Below the pieces are notes generated by a model. That model was not told where the DNA came from. It was given only the letters and a program-made list of their open reading frames with translations, and ran no database searches. A stretch of 63,988 nucleotides of DNA, filler included, from Octopus bimaculoides (taxonomy: Eukaryota): the NCBI RefSeq assembly GCF_001194135.2. It is 5 parts of 4 records of this genome, joined end to end, with 100 filler letters (N's around TTAATTAATTAA, not from the genome) between each part and the next. Parts side by side here need not be neighbours in the genome. Positions count along the whole stretch, not along the records: positions 18,600 to 40,502 come from NC_068983.1; positions 40,603 to 58,756 come from NC_068982.1; 3 more parts are not named here. One strand, 5' to 3'. Both the position numbers and the translations under genes were made by a program. Below, one piece after another: positions 40,213-53,229 of the stretch (positions within the stretch are counted from its first letter, which is position 1; every line of letters starts with the position of its first letter).

Positions 40213-40502
40213 GTTTAACGTCTGCTTTCCATGCTAGCATGGGTTGGACGATTTGACTGGGGACTGGTAAACCAGATGGCTACACCAGGCTCCATTCTGA
40301 TTTGGCAGAGTTTCTACAGCTGGATGCCCTTCCTAATGCCAACCACTCCGAGAGTGTAGTGGGTGCTTTTACGCGCCACCGGCACGAAGGCCATTCAGGC
40401 GGTACTGGCAACGGCCACGCTCAAAATGGTGTATTTTTACGTGCTACCTGGCAACAATCTCGCTGGAATGACTTTTCACGTGCCACCGGCACAAGTCCTA
40501 GG
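40195..40502 (-). mobile_element. Family E RTE tail copy (young)
   Basis: catcatcgtttaacgtctgctttccatgctagcatggg... Confidence 0.8.
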
Positions 40503-41084
40503 NNNNNNNNNNNNNNNNNNNNNNNNNNNNNNNNNNNNNNNNNNNNTTAATTAATTAANNNNNNNNNNNNNNNNNNNNNNNNNNNNNNNNNNNNNNNNNN
40601 NNAGGCGTACTGCTTCACATACTTCTCAGGGAGATTCAGTGTGACTCAGAGTGTGGTCCCTTGAAATACAGGTATTACTCATTTTTGCCAGCTGAATAGA
40701 CTGGATCAACGTAAGATAAAGTGTCTTGCTCAAGGAGACAACGCGGCGCCAGGAATCAAACTCACGACCTTACGATCGTTATCCGAATGCTCTAACTACT
40801 ATGCCATGGCTCTTCATATATATATATATATATGGTAGAAACGTTAGCATTCTGGACGAAATGCTTAGGGATATTGCGTCTGTCTTTACGTTCTGAGGTC
40901 AAATTCCACCGAGGTCGACATATATTCACATGCAGTTATGCATATGTCTAGTCACAGAGTGATTAATGGTTTCCACAAAGGGCTTAGCCACACGGACGAC
41001 TCGGCAGATTCTCAGATTATATATATAATATATACATGTGTGTGGGTGTGCGTGTGTGTGTGTGCGCGTGTGTGTGTATATGTA

Positions 41085-41466
41085 TTGTGGCAGTTCGTCC
41101 GTTACGACGACGAGGGTTCTAGTTGATCCGATCAACGGAACAGCCTGCTCGTGCAATTAACGTGCAAGTGGCTGAGCACTCCACAGACACGTGTACCCTT
41201 CACGTAGTTCGCAGGGAGATTCAGCCTGACACAGTGTGTGACAAGGCTGACCCTTTGAAATACAGGTACAACAGAAACAGGAAGAAAGGGTGAGAGAAAG
41301 TTGTGATGAAAGAGTACAGCAGGGTTCGCCACCCCCTGCCGGAGCCTCGTGGAGCTTTAGGTGTTTTCGCTCAATAAACACTCGCAACACCCGCTCTGGG
41401 GATCGAAACAATGATCCTACGACCGTGAGTCCGCTACCCTAAACACCGGGCCATTGCGCCTCCACG
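41085..41466 (-). mobile_element. SINE family C, full length
   Basis: Reverse complement of 33372-33850. Confidence 0.85.
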
Positions 41467-42863
41467 TGTATGTATATATGCATATGTATCTACATACACA
41501 TATACTGTGTATTTATATTACATTCTTACTTTACCAGCGAAAATCAATCGACTAGACACTAACATGCAAGGCAGTACACAACATTAACCAATCTATATTT
41601 CAAGTTGACAATTCAAAACAAAAATTAAAAACTAAAAACAATATCCATTATGAAATAATATCTTTCGAATTTTGCTGAAAATTAATCTAAAAATGAATTA
41701 ACGTAAATTTTTACTCTATATAATACCTGATTCTTTTCATTATTTTTATTCAAAACACTGTTTAGTCTGCGAAGTAATGAATGTTTTTATAATGTATTTC
41801 TTAAATAATTGAAAATGTTATTGTTTAATGGTTTGTTGTTGCGGATGTTTTAAGTTTTAAAAAAATGGCTGTCTATGACCTCCATTATAGTAAAGTTAGC
41901 AATAGCACATTTGGCGTTGTAACCATTTGGTCAAACTGTCCAATTTTGCCTCATGTACTTGCGTGTTCGTAGCACGTAATTATCTCTGAACTATGCCGAG
42001 TATATTTTGTGATTAATTATAATAGTTTATATTTTATAGCTGTGACTTTAAACAATTTGATTGATAGTGTTGTATCATTATGACTTCTTTAGTAATTACG
42101 TGCAGTATAATAACAATTATGTGTTGCGTAATAATAATGTGTTTTAGAATAATTATGTAATGTATAATAATTCAAATAAAGAATGACATATCGAAAAATA
42201 AAATATTTCAATATATTCTAACGAAGTTAAAATTTCGAATTTAATTATTAAATGGATACTGATTACTGAGCAACAGTAATCCGGAGCATTTTCACTATCG
42301 CGAATTTTATATTCTCCATTTCTATATTAGACGTTCTCTATTGTATAATACATGGATTATTTACAAGTCTTTTTTCTGTTTACAGTAATGAATTTATTTT
42401 CAAACTATATAAAGTGACGAGCTGAAAGAATTGTTAGGGTTGGACAAAACGCTTTGGTATATATCTGATTTCAATTACCACCGGTGCCAACTTTATATCT
42501 TATCTCTCCTGGGTTTATAAAAGAAAGTACAAGTACTCAGATCAATGGTATTCACCAATCCTCTCCTCTCAAAATTGCTGGCCTTGTGTCTAAATTAGAA
42601 GCGCTTTCTTAGCATGTGTGACTACTCTCTAAATTGGTTGCATATTACATCTAAAACACATCTGAATATTTAGAATATGTACAAATTGATGGAGAATATT
42701 ATGTTTTTATTAGCACAACATATAAAATAAACTTATCTTCTCATGTTTGAAGATCTAGTGTTTTACAGAGTAGAATAGTTTGGAAGTTATATGAGAGGAA
42801 TATGCAATATTTATGTTGTTATGTAATTCCACCGATAAAATTGCCTTAATGGATTATATTAAT

Positions 42864-43100
42864 TAAGGCGGCGAGCTGGCATAAACGTTAGCACGCCGGA
42901 TGAAATGCTTAGCGGTATTTCGTCTGCCGTTACATTGTAAGTTCAAATTTCGCCGAGGTCGACTTTGCCTTTGATCCTTTCGGGGTCGATAAATTAAGTA
43001 CCAGTTACGCACTGGGGTCGATGTAATCGACTTAATCCCTTTGTCTGTCCTTGCTTGTCCCCTCTATGTTTAGCCCCTTGTGGGCAATAAAGAAATAAGA
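42864..43100 (+). mobile_element. SINE family A, full length (tail type 1)
   Basis: ggcggcgagctggc...gccgaggtcgactttgcc...gcaataaagaaataag. Confidence 0.9.
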
Positions 43101-43139
43101 TTATATAAATTACGTAATTACTTCTGTATCTATTTTATC

Positions 43140-43665
43140 TGCTAGGAAGTAGCAAAGAGTTATGCCTATATATTTCGCATTTCCTCCAAAACCGGTGAGA
43201 TTGATGCCGTTAATATTTCACCAAGAAGGTGGGATCTGTCTTCGGTGCTCACAATTTTATTACAGCTGAGATTATCTTGAATTATTCGACCTTTCATTGA
43301 ATCCTATTCTCAACTTTGGGCTGGTGCTTACTTTCTCGAACGCTTTCACAATCTCGGTATCAACATGGTGGTGCTCGTTTGTTGCTCAATGTCGAAATGT
43401 ATTTTCTTTTCTTATTGCTCTGATGAACGTCCTTGTCTAGGACCCTATTTCAAATCCTTTAAGAATTGCACTCGCTTCTCTGCACAAGCGCATCACTTGT
43501 CTGTTGAGTTTCCTGTTAGTTTTGTCGTTTTATTCTGATAACTTCTTTCCTCAAACAGTTGCTCTCTGGAACTCACTACCAACTTTATGTTTTCTTCTCT
43601 TCTATAATATTCTGTCCTTTAAGCTTTCGGTCAATAAATATCTTTTCGATTTTCAGGCTCTTTCT
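43140..43665 (+). mobile_element. CR1-type LINE 3' remnant
   Basis: IRPFIESYSQLWAGA and YSDNFFPQTVALWNSLP...YNILSFKLSVNKYL. Confidence 0.7.
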
Positions 43666-44417
43666 TTTTCTTCTTTGTTGACCGTTGCACTATAATGTCT
43701 GCAAGTCATGCTTGAGAAGAATCGCATTAAAAAAAAACTATGCCAACTTGAAACTTGCAAAAGACTCGTTAGCATGGAAGAAACCCCAGAAGCTGACGTT
43801 TTGGGTAGGTGATAAGAGGAGGAGGAGAAAAGAGTGACTCCAGAGTGCCTGACTTTAGGTGGCACTTTGCTCCTTAAAACCAGCTATGAGGAACAGAAAT
43901 AGAAAACGGGGACAGAGGCGGTAATCGTTGGTCACTTGAAGTTTTGGTGGACACAGTTTTATATGTATTAGATGTTTTCCATAATATGCATTCTCTATCT
44001 CCAGAGTATCATCTTGTGTGGGGTGCGATTAGCTTTGTCACAATGTTTACATTCTTAGATATGATAATTGAAGATTTTCCTGTTCTGAATTTTAGACAAT
44101 ATTAAACCTTTGTATATTTTATTCAACCTTTATAATTTTAAAAAGGCAGAATACTATTTTAGATATTGTAAATTATAAATGCAAAATACTTATAATGCAT
44201 GATAACAGCATAATAATAATGGTGACCATTAAAAATTAGATACATAGGATACACAATAAATCTCAAGTAATGGATGTATAATTAATATTGGCATTATTTC
44301 TGTGAATTAATAATTCAGGAAAATTATTAGTAAATATTCTAATATATCTGAAAGGAGCATACTCTGTAAATGTCTCTTTTTTAAATATAATTAAAACATT
44401 TTACGGGGCAGTGGATA

Positions 44418-45290
44418 CGTGGTCTGATCAAAAAGTATTCGGATTGTTGCCATAATAACGAAGCTAAGGCACGTAGAATAAAGCCACTTAGGACAAATTG
44501 ACCTTAAACTCTGTTGTGCATGCGCACTAGGTCTTAACGTCTGTGCTTATTTCCGCTGTTTACAGCAATGCTTGGAAGATACGTGTGTAGCGTGTGATCG
44601 TCGCATTGAACATGAACCTGCATCAAATTTTGCCAAAAGCTTGGCAATACCTGCTCAGAGGCCTACGTAAATTTGCAGAAACTGTATGGAGAGGAGTGTA
44701 TGAGACGAAAAAATGTCGATGATCACGAACGTTCCGGGAAATCCGCAGCTAATAGAACTGAGAAAACTTCGCAGATGTGCAGCTGTGAGGGGAAATCGTT
44801 GAATCACCATACGTAAGTTATCAAATGTGCAGATTAGTTACGTTTCAGTTCAATCCATTACAAATGAAATTTTGGTATGAGACGCGTGACTGCCAAGTTT
44901 GTGCGAAAACTGCTTTCAGCTGACAACACTTTTGCGCATTCGGCACAGTTTGTGCAGCAGTTTTTGGCTAGGTACAACATCCCCTAGGTCCCACAGCCAC
45001 CATATTCTCCAGATCTCGCCCTTTGCAACTTTTTCTTCTTTCTAAAAGTCAAATTCCGCTCGAAAGGAAGATTTCAGGGCGTCGAAGAAAACAAAGTGAA
45101 TGTGACAAGGTAGCTGCTTGATTATCCCAGAAAAAGAGTTCCAGGAATGCTTCCATCAATGGAGACAGCACTGGATTAAGTGTCTGTTTTTCCGAAGGGT
45201 TCTACTTTGAAGAAGATTAAGTACTAAATTGGTACGTGTTGTAGTTTTGTTTTTATAGCATCAGTCCAGATACTGACTGATCAGACCTCG
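44418..45290 (+). mobile_element. mariner (DD34D) element, internally deleted
   Basis: Imperfect ~28-bp TIRs cg(t/a)ggtctgatca...agtat; CIKFCQKLG N-terminus; PYSPDLALCNFF at ~45000; TA on the left. Confidence 0.88.
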
Positions 45291-46196
45291 TTTATTGAAA
45301 ATCTGTACAATTTAACAATATATGAGTTACTTATGAAGCGTTGATTTTCGAATGATGTAAACTGTTTCAATCAGAATTTCTTTACAATATTTCCGCAAGT
45401 ACTATGTAATTTATTGCAACACAGCAACTCAAACACATAACGTTCACTCGACGGTTATGAATCTATAAGTCTCTAAGTCTTTGAAATATTTTTATCGTTA
45501 ATGAGTGAATAACTGGAATTGTATCACGATTCATAGACATTGTTTATTTTCTTGAAACAAGTTGAAAGGTCCATTGATTTATTTGTCTTACATTTCTATA
45601 GATCAATAATAAAAAATAAAAATTTCAAGTTAATTACGTGAGTCATATACTTATGCAGCAAAATATATTTTACCATCACGTTTAATTAAAAAGTTACGTA
45701 TATCACCGATGGAGACAACACAGCTGAAAAGTATACGACATAGTATCTTTGCAAAAAATAGTAACTTAATTAAATATTTGGCATTACTTACGTTAATCAG
45801 GACATAGCAAATTGTAAAACTAAATCATTTTATTAAACAGGCAAGCAACGCCCGTGGCAATGAAGACAGAGCATATTTACATAAATGAAAAGGCAATTAA
45901 TTTATCATGTTTAACTTTTTGAAATGAAGAATGTATATATTGTGTAAATAGAGTTTTCACAACTTACCACAAAGAGAATACAAATTGTTCACGCATTATT
46001 GTTTGCAGATGAATATTTTTAAATGGTTTAACTTGATCTGAACGTTTAAGAAGTTCAGTTCCTTTTCTAGAACTATTTGTTTAACACTTGAATTCGAACT
46101 GATGCTGTTCACTTCTGAAGGCTTTATTTATTGTGTTAAACAAAAAGGACTAGTGATAGTTTCCCAAATTCAATAAACCACAGTGTATTTGAAATA

Positions 46197-47048
46197 CAGT
46201 AATCTCTCGACTATCGGGGCAGTTACGTTCAAAACACACCGCGATAGGTGAAAATCCGCGAAGTAGAAACAGTACTGTACTGTATATTTAAAAAAAATTA
46301 TTTTATAATTTATATATATTTGGGATCTTTTTTAAAACGGGGGCCACATTTTTCATTAATGTTTTACGTAGTGTTTTTGGTACCGAAAGACTTTCAAACT
46401 TCGTATACTTATCTATTTTGTGTTATAGAACAAAAAAATATTTTTGTATTCGAATTTATTTCATGTAAAAAAATTGTCTTATTTCGATAATTTCAACCAA
46501 TCACTGACAAGTATTCAGTTGTTTACATTTACTCCTTTGGCTGATTAAGCCATAGCTTCGTTTTATTTGCTTTTTTCATTTTAAANNNNNNNNNNNNNNN
46601 NNNNNNNNNNNNNNNTTTTTTCTTCGTTTTATTTGCTTTTTTCTTTTTAAATTTGCTGTTTTACCCTAACCCTAACCCTATCACCGATAGAATTGTTTCA
46701 GAATCGTTTGTTTATGTAGTCGGCACTTAATGTATATCGGCTGAATGGACGTCAGTGATTGGTTGAAATTACAGAAGTACGACAACTTTAACATGGAATA
46801 ACTTAGGGATTTCTTTTTTTTTTAAAGAAGACTAAGAGAAAAAGATGTTTATATGACACATTCTACCAGTGTTCCAAGTTTCAAAGTGTTTCGTTAATGA
46901 AAAATGTGGCCCCCGTTTTAAAAAAGATCCTATATTTGTTTTATCATAAATACAAAACAACACCACGGAGGAATCGACGTGAGCTTAAATAATAAACCGC
47001 TATTGGTGAACTGCGATAGGTACACCACGATATGGTGAGAGATTACTA
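46197..47048. mobile_element. Tigger/pogo-like MITE containing a nested element
   Basis: TA|CAGTAATCTCTC...GAGAGATTACTA|TA. Confidence 0.75.
46323..46930. mobile_element. Merlin-signature MITE with internal (CCCTAA) repeats
   Basis: Perfect 37-bp TIRs (46323-46359, 46894-46930) starting GG; perfect 8-bp TSD TATATTTG (46315-46322, 46931-46938). Confidence 0.85.
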
Positions 47049-47089
47049 TATATAAGATTGATGACCAATAATATATATATATATATATT

Positions 47090-47290
47090 CTTTTATTCTT
47101 TTGTTCTTTTATTTTTGCTACTTGTTTCAGTATATTTGACTGTGGCCATGCTAGACCACCGACTTTAGTCGAACAAATCGATCCCAGGACTTAATATATC
47201 TGTTTCATTTGCCGAAGGGCTAAGTTACGGGGACATAAATACACCAGCATCGGTTGCCAAGCGATGGGGCTGGGGACAAACACAGACACA

Positions 47291-47348
<58 letters not shown>

Positions 47349-47879
47349 NNNNNNNNNNNNNNNNNNNNNNNNNNNNNNNNNNNNNNNNNNNNNNNNNNNN
47401 NNNNNNNNNNNNNNNNNNNNNNNNNNNNNNNNNNNNNNNNNNNNNNNNNNNNNNNNNNNNNNNNNNNNNNNNNNNNNNNNNNNNNNNNNNNNNNNNNNNN
47501 NNNNNNNNNNNNNNNNNNNNNNNNNNNNNNNNNNNNNNNNNNNNNNNNNNNNNNNNNNNNNNNNNNNNNNNNNNNNNNNNNNNNNNNNNNNNNNNNNNNN
47601 NNNNNNNNNNNNNNNNNNNNNNNNNNNNNNNNNNNNNNNNNNNNNNNNNNNNNNNNNNNNNNNNNNNNNNNNNNNNNNNNNNNNNNNNNNNNNNNNNNNN
47701 NNNNNNNNNNNNNNNNNNNNNNNNNNNNNNNNNNNNNNNNNNNNNNNNNNNNATATATATATATAATGTGTGTGTATATGTATATATAGTAGAAGACACT
47801 CGCCTAAGGTGCCACACAGTGAGACTGGGCCCAGAACCATGTGGTTGGTAAGCAAGCTTCTTACCGCACAGCCACACCT

Positions 47880-47885
<6 letters not shown>
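47090..47885 (-). mobile_element. SINE family B spanning a gap at its internal microsatellite
   Basis: Tail at 47090-47290, head at 47790-47885. Confidence 0.8.
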
Positions 47886-47917
<32 letters not shown>

Positions 47918-48214
47918 CATGGACTTCTATATGATTTTCCCTTATCAAATTCATTGTGGACCTGGAACTCTGAGACTATAATGAACAGAAGACAATCGTC
48001 CAGGGTGTCGCGTACTGGGATTGATCCTGTAAACACGTGGTTGCAAAGGAACCTTCTTATCTACACAAATATACCTGCATTTATGCATGTATATTTTAAG
48101 TACTTTTTATTCTTGCATTTACGGCTTAATGATTAGGCACATTATAAAAGGAATCATCACATTCTACTTGAATGATATTTATTTTATCAAAACCGAAAAG
48201 AAGAAAAGCAAAGT

Positions 48215-48670
48215 CTTTTTCTAACTCTCTGCGCACTGGTTTCAAATCCCACCGAGTTTAGTTGTGCAATTTATTCGTTTTGGGTGGAGATAAAAAAAAT
48301 TGACTCTAAACAGTTGTTTGGAGTGCGGGAACTGTTAGAGCGTCGGACTGGATATCTTATTGTATTTAGTTTAGTATTTCGTACTGTGATTTCAAATCTC
48401 ACTATGGCTACTGAGGTGGTACATGTAATCCTCTCTGAGTTTCACACAACCACCTGGTCCCATGGTTGCTTTTAGCAGACTGCAGTCAGTTACAAAAATT
48501 CCAGCCAAGCTTCTGGTTTAAGGGCACATTTATGCCTCCCTTTCAATAGTCTCTGAGGCTGTCGAAAGAAACAGGACGATCACTTTCTTTCCTGACTAAA
48601 GCAGTTAAAGAATGTAATGGTACCGGAGCGGAGATTCCATAAAGTATATCACTTAATTATGCTAATCGTT
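48215..48670 (+). repeat. Left arm of long inverted repeat (SINE-like unit)
   Basis: Reverse complement aligns to 51686-52190. Confidence 0.85.
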
Positions 48671-51134
48671 AAAGAATGTGATGGTAGATATTAACGAAAT
48701 GCCGCTGCCTCGTTTCCTCACATGAATGTTGCTCGTTACTAAATACACAAAAGAATTCTTTTATATTGAAATATTATTGTCATTGTGTTGCTTAATGTAA
48801 ATATGTCCTCATTTGTTACATTACTTATATTACATTTAATAACGATTTGTACAATTTTTATTGATGCAATAACAAAAATCTTTAGGTCAGATGACAGTAC
48901 AATACTGACTCGAGTTACTGTATGCCAACGTTATATAATCACCATATTTACTAAGTATTTTATAGCAGTACCATAAAGATGTCAAAATTTAATTCTAGGA
49001 AATCATTTGTTTCGTGACGTAAAATGAAGAAATCCCTTAAGCCATCAATTTATTGAGAATACATAACATTATATATTATATTTGCATTTCTGCCACAGAA
49101 TAAATATCTTGTAAGTGATAGATAATTCCATTGTTTAAGCAGGTATATATAAAACGCAATTATGTTTGCAAACGAGAAATAATTTAAAATTTCTATTTGG
49201 CTATTTGGCTCATTAACTTGCGACTTGAGATTTCATCGTGACAGCTGTCTGTTTGTTTTTGCAGTTTTCTTTGTTGACAAAATAGTGATATTAACAGCTC
49301 AGGGTTATATAGCTGCCAAGTTTCTCAAACAAAGAAAAACTGTTCTTTAATTTGAAATAATACAAGAATCTCACAGATAGCAAAACTTTAAAATGCTTTA
49401 AGTAGTTCTTTATATAGTTTTCTCAGAGTTTCGTTTCGCTTCATTTCATGAGCTACAGTTCCACGTTAATGTTTTCCATATAACGAAATATTATTTTCTA
49501 TACAGGAAGGCGATATACGAGAAATCTATATCAGTATGTTTATGATAAATATATATAAATAATTTACAGATACATTCCAACAGAATATATGGACGATAAG
49601 TTTGTATAAAAACCAATTCCATTTTGTGATGATAATGTGTACGGCTCGTTCATTGGTAAATGGAAAAGATATTATCTTTTGTCTATTATGCATACAACAC
49701 CGTCTATACAACACTAAAATCCATATGTTATAAAGCATTATTTTGTTAACGCCATCAACTATATAGCCACAACTAGTTTCAATAAAGTGATTTGTTGTTT
49801 TATTGAAAATTGTCAGTATCTCAAAATACTTACAAATACAATTTTGGCAAATTGAGTTTTCCAGTAATACGCGAGCGGTTTTGTAACTGAGAGAATAAAC
49901 AAAAAATAGGTTAACGGTCGTATACTTGTCAGGAATATAAAAACACAGCGGGGTTTGTAGAGGGAACATCATTAAATACTTCTATTACATACAGGTAACG
50001 TTTTTGTTCTGATAACATCTGATATCTTGTCCGTTTTTGTTTGTTTGTTTTGGCGCTAGAATATTATTTAAAACTGTCTTTATCTTACTTAAAGAAAACA
50101 AAATTATATTTCTCTCACAGTGCTTATATTTTATCATCAAAGTAAATAAGATGACAGGTTATTTATTTTAAACTAGAATGACAATAACTCTCATATATTT
50201 TATGAAACAATATTTTCTGGATTTCATTAAGGATGATTGAATTGTAACAAATGAAAACGTTTCCAAAATTTTCATTAACATCATACAGGTCCTTGCTTAA
50301 TGTCACTGAATATTCGATTAAAACAATAGATGACAATATTAAACAATAGTGAAAATATACGAGATGGAATTACATTATCAAAATAATACCGCGATATTAC
50401 ATTATTTTACATTATAATGAAATCGTTTAAAATATTTCAAAGGGAATTTTCTAAAAATGTAGTTTTCAAGCATGTCACCCTTGATTCTGTGATATTTTGA
50501 ATATTTTTAATATTTACATCTTAGCTTAGTGGATATTCGATTGTATATGCGTGTAATTGTTTGAAAACGTGTAAAATATGTTTAATCAGAGCCGTTTTAA
50601 TATACAAGAGATAAAATGATTTAAATCTCTTTATTAGAATATAACAATTGACGGCAGTATTTTTGCGAAGATGCCAAAAGTTTTAATGGTTTTGAATGCT
50701 GTAGCATAAAAGATAAAAGAAATAAGTTTTATTGTTTATTTTAGGGAATACGATGCATTCTTTGAATTATGCTTTTGTCAAGTCTGACAGACGTGATGTA
50801 AACGTTTAATAATGTTCTATATTCTTAATAAATTTGCAAAGAGCATTTATCTCATAGGGTATTCACAAATATCTAATGGAGAAAAGTTTTCTTTCAAAGG
50901 AAGATTTAGATATTTCAGGAAAGACGGCATAAATCTTCCGTAGTGTTTCTCTTTGAAAATGATGATTAAATATTTAAATGATTTGATAAATACAACTATA
51001 AGACATAATGCTATATCGAAAAAGAGTTAAAAAATTGCCTAATCAAAGAAATTCGTGAAATAGTCAAGAATAATCTACGTGGTAACTATCACTTGCAACA
51101 GACATATTAGCATGAATATCAATTGATAACAAGG

Positions 51135-51640
51135 CAGCGAGGTATACGTTCCGAGTTCAAATATCAGTGAGGTGACATTTAATACTTTCATCCTTTCATC
51201 CTTTTTGGGTTGATAAATTAAATACCAGTTAAGTACTGTGATCGATGTAGCCGACTTAACCCAACCGTAAACATTGCCGGCGTTGTGCAAAAAGTTGAAG
51301 CCATTATCAATTTATGCTAAGGTAAGGAGCTGGAAAAATCGTTAGAAGGCTGGGTGAAACGTTTAACAGCATTTCGTCCGTTGCTGCGTTCTGAGATACA
51401 ATTCCACCGAGGTTGACTTTGCCTTTCATCCAGTCGAGGTCGATAAAATAAGTAACAATTGAGTCGTGAGCACGATGTAATCGAATTACCTCCTCCCCCG
51501 AATTTGCTGGCCTTGTGCCAAAATTTGAAACCGATATTAATTGATATTAATAAGCTTTCTGATTTCAATTTCGCCGAGATCGACTTTGCCTTCATCCTCT
51601 CTGGGTCGATTAAATAAGCACCAGTCAAATATTGGGGTAG
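51135..51640 (+). mobile_element. Three tandem family A SINE pieces
   Basis: Three successive ...tttcatcc...gtcgat/ttgataa(a)ataagta cores. Confidence 0.75.
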
Positions 51641-51685
51641 ATGGAAAGATGGAATCGATTAGCTCCTTTCCTTGTCTCTATAGCA

Positions 51686-52190
51686 GAAACGATTAGCATA
51701 ATTATTAAGTGATATACTTTATGGAATCTCCGGTACCATCACTTTCTTTAACTGCTTTAGTCAGGAAACAAAAATGATTTGCATGTTTCTTTCGACAGCC
51801 TCCGAGACTGTTGAAACGGAGGCATAAATGTGCCCTTAAACCAGAAACTTGGCTGGAATTTTTGTAACTGACAGCACTATGCTAAAAGCAACCATGGGAC
51901 CAGTTGGGGGTGTGAAGCTCAATGAGGATTATATTTCTTTATTACCCCCCAAGTGCCAGTTCAATGAGGATTACACGTGCCACCTCAGTAGCCATAGCGA
52001 GATTTGAAATCACAGCACGAAGTACTGAACCAAATACAGTAATATATCCAGTCCGACGCTCTAACAGTTTCCGTACTTCACACTACTGCTTAGATTCATA
52101 CTTAAATTTTTATCTCCTCCCAAAAAGAATAAATTGCACAACTAAACTCAGCGTGATTTGAAACCAGTGCGCAAAGATTGAGAAAAAAAT
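51686..52190 (-). repeat. Right arm of long inverted repeat
   Basis: Reverse complement of 48215-48670, with a ~40-bp internal duplication (tcaatgaggatta x2). Confidence 0.85.
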
Positions 52191-52349
52191 GCCGGGAGGC
52201 ATTCTATCCAACACTGTAAAAAGTTTTCCGTCTCGCAATCATTTGAAATTCTCTCACACATAATTTTTTCTTCATGCATTAATTTTTAATATATACGTTT
52301 TTGGGGATGATAAAAAAAAAAATGGAGCATTCTTTTCATTTCGAGGTGC

Positions 52350-52590
52350 TTGACATAGATTTTCTATTTCTACTTGTGTAAATTTAAGACCTACACATGC
52401 ATAATAACACTTCTTCCTTTAACTAAAGAAAAACCGTTCTATTTCTATCTCCGCTTGTATAGATTTAGGAATATATGATGCATAATAATATTTTCCCTTT
52501 AAGAGTATTTTTCCATTTCTGTTTTCGCTTGTACAGATTTTGGAACTTATGATGCGTAATAATATTTTCCCTTTAACGAAAGATAACTTA
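52350..52590. repeat. Minisatellite, 3 copies of a ~75-bp unit
   Basis: ttctatttct...gcttgtatagatt...atgcataataatattttcccttta repeated. Confidence 0.75.
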
Positions 52591-53229
52591 TAACAAAATT
52601 AGTAACATTATTCTGTAGGTAGAGGAACTTCCATAATTACATACATATATTTTTCCTACGTGCTATGTTCTTTCGAGTTCCCAAGTGTCTGAGTATTTAA
52701 TGGATAAGGTATGTAACTGTGAGTTGTATTCTCATCATGTTCACAATATATTCAATAATATTTTTTAAGCTTGTATAACTCATAAAATTTAATTAGGTCC
52801 TACTGTATGACAAAAGGAAANNNNNNNNNNNNNNNNNNNNNNNNNNNNNNNNNNNNNNNNNNNNNNNNNNNNNNNNNNNNNNNNNNNNNNNNNNNNNNNN
52901 NNNNNNNNNNNNNNNNNNNNATATATATATATATACGTACATACATATATATGCTTATATAATGTGTGTGTGTATTGTTGGATGCTATTTCTTTTTCATA
53001 CTACAGGACTAATTGAATTTCAAATTCTAAGACTGATTTAAGTTCTAAAAATTTACTATTGAATTTCCCAAGAAGATGAGAATCTATCTCTCATTTATAT
53101 ACCTTAACCATGAAACACCTACACTCTTGGGAACTCGAAACAACATATATTCTTTTTTTATTCTTTTTACTTGTTTCAATCTTTGATTGCGGCCATGTTG
53201 GAAAACCGCCTTTTAGTCGAACAGAGTAT

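Noticed and set aside
43145-43194. Exon-like segment with AG/GT boundaries
   Set aside because: Embedded in a CR1 LINE remnant
49526-49972. 148-aa minus-strand ORF
   Set aside because: AT-rich composition typical of random ORFs (F/I/C/N-rich), with no motif or supporting splice structure
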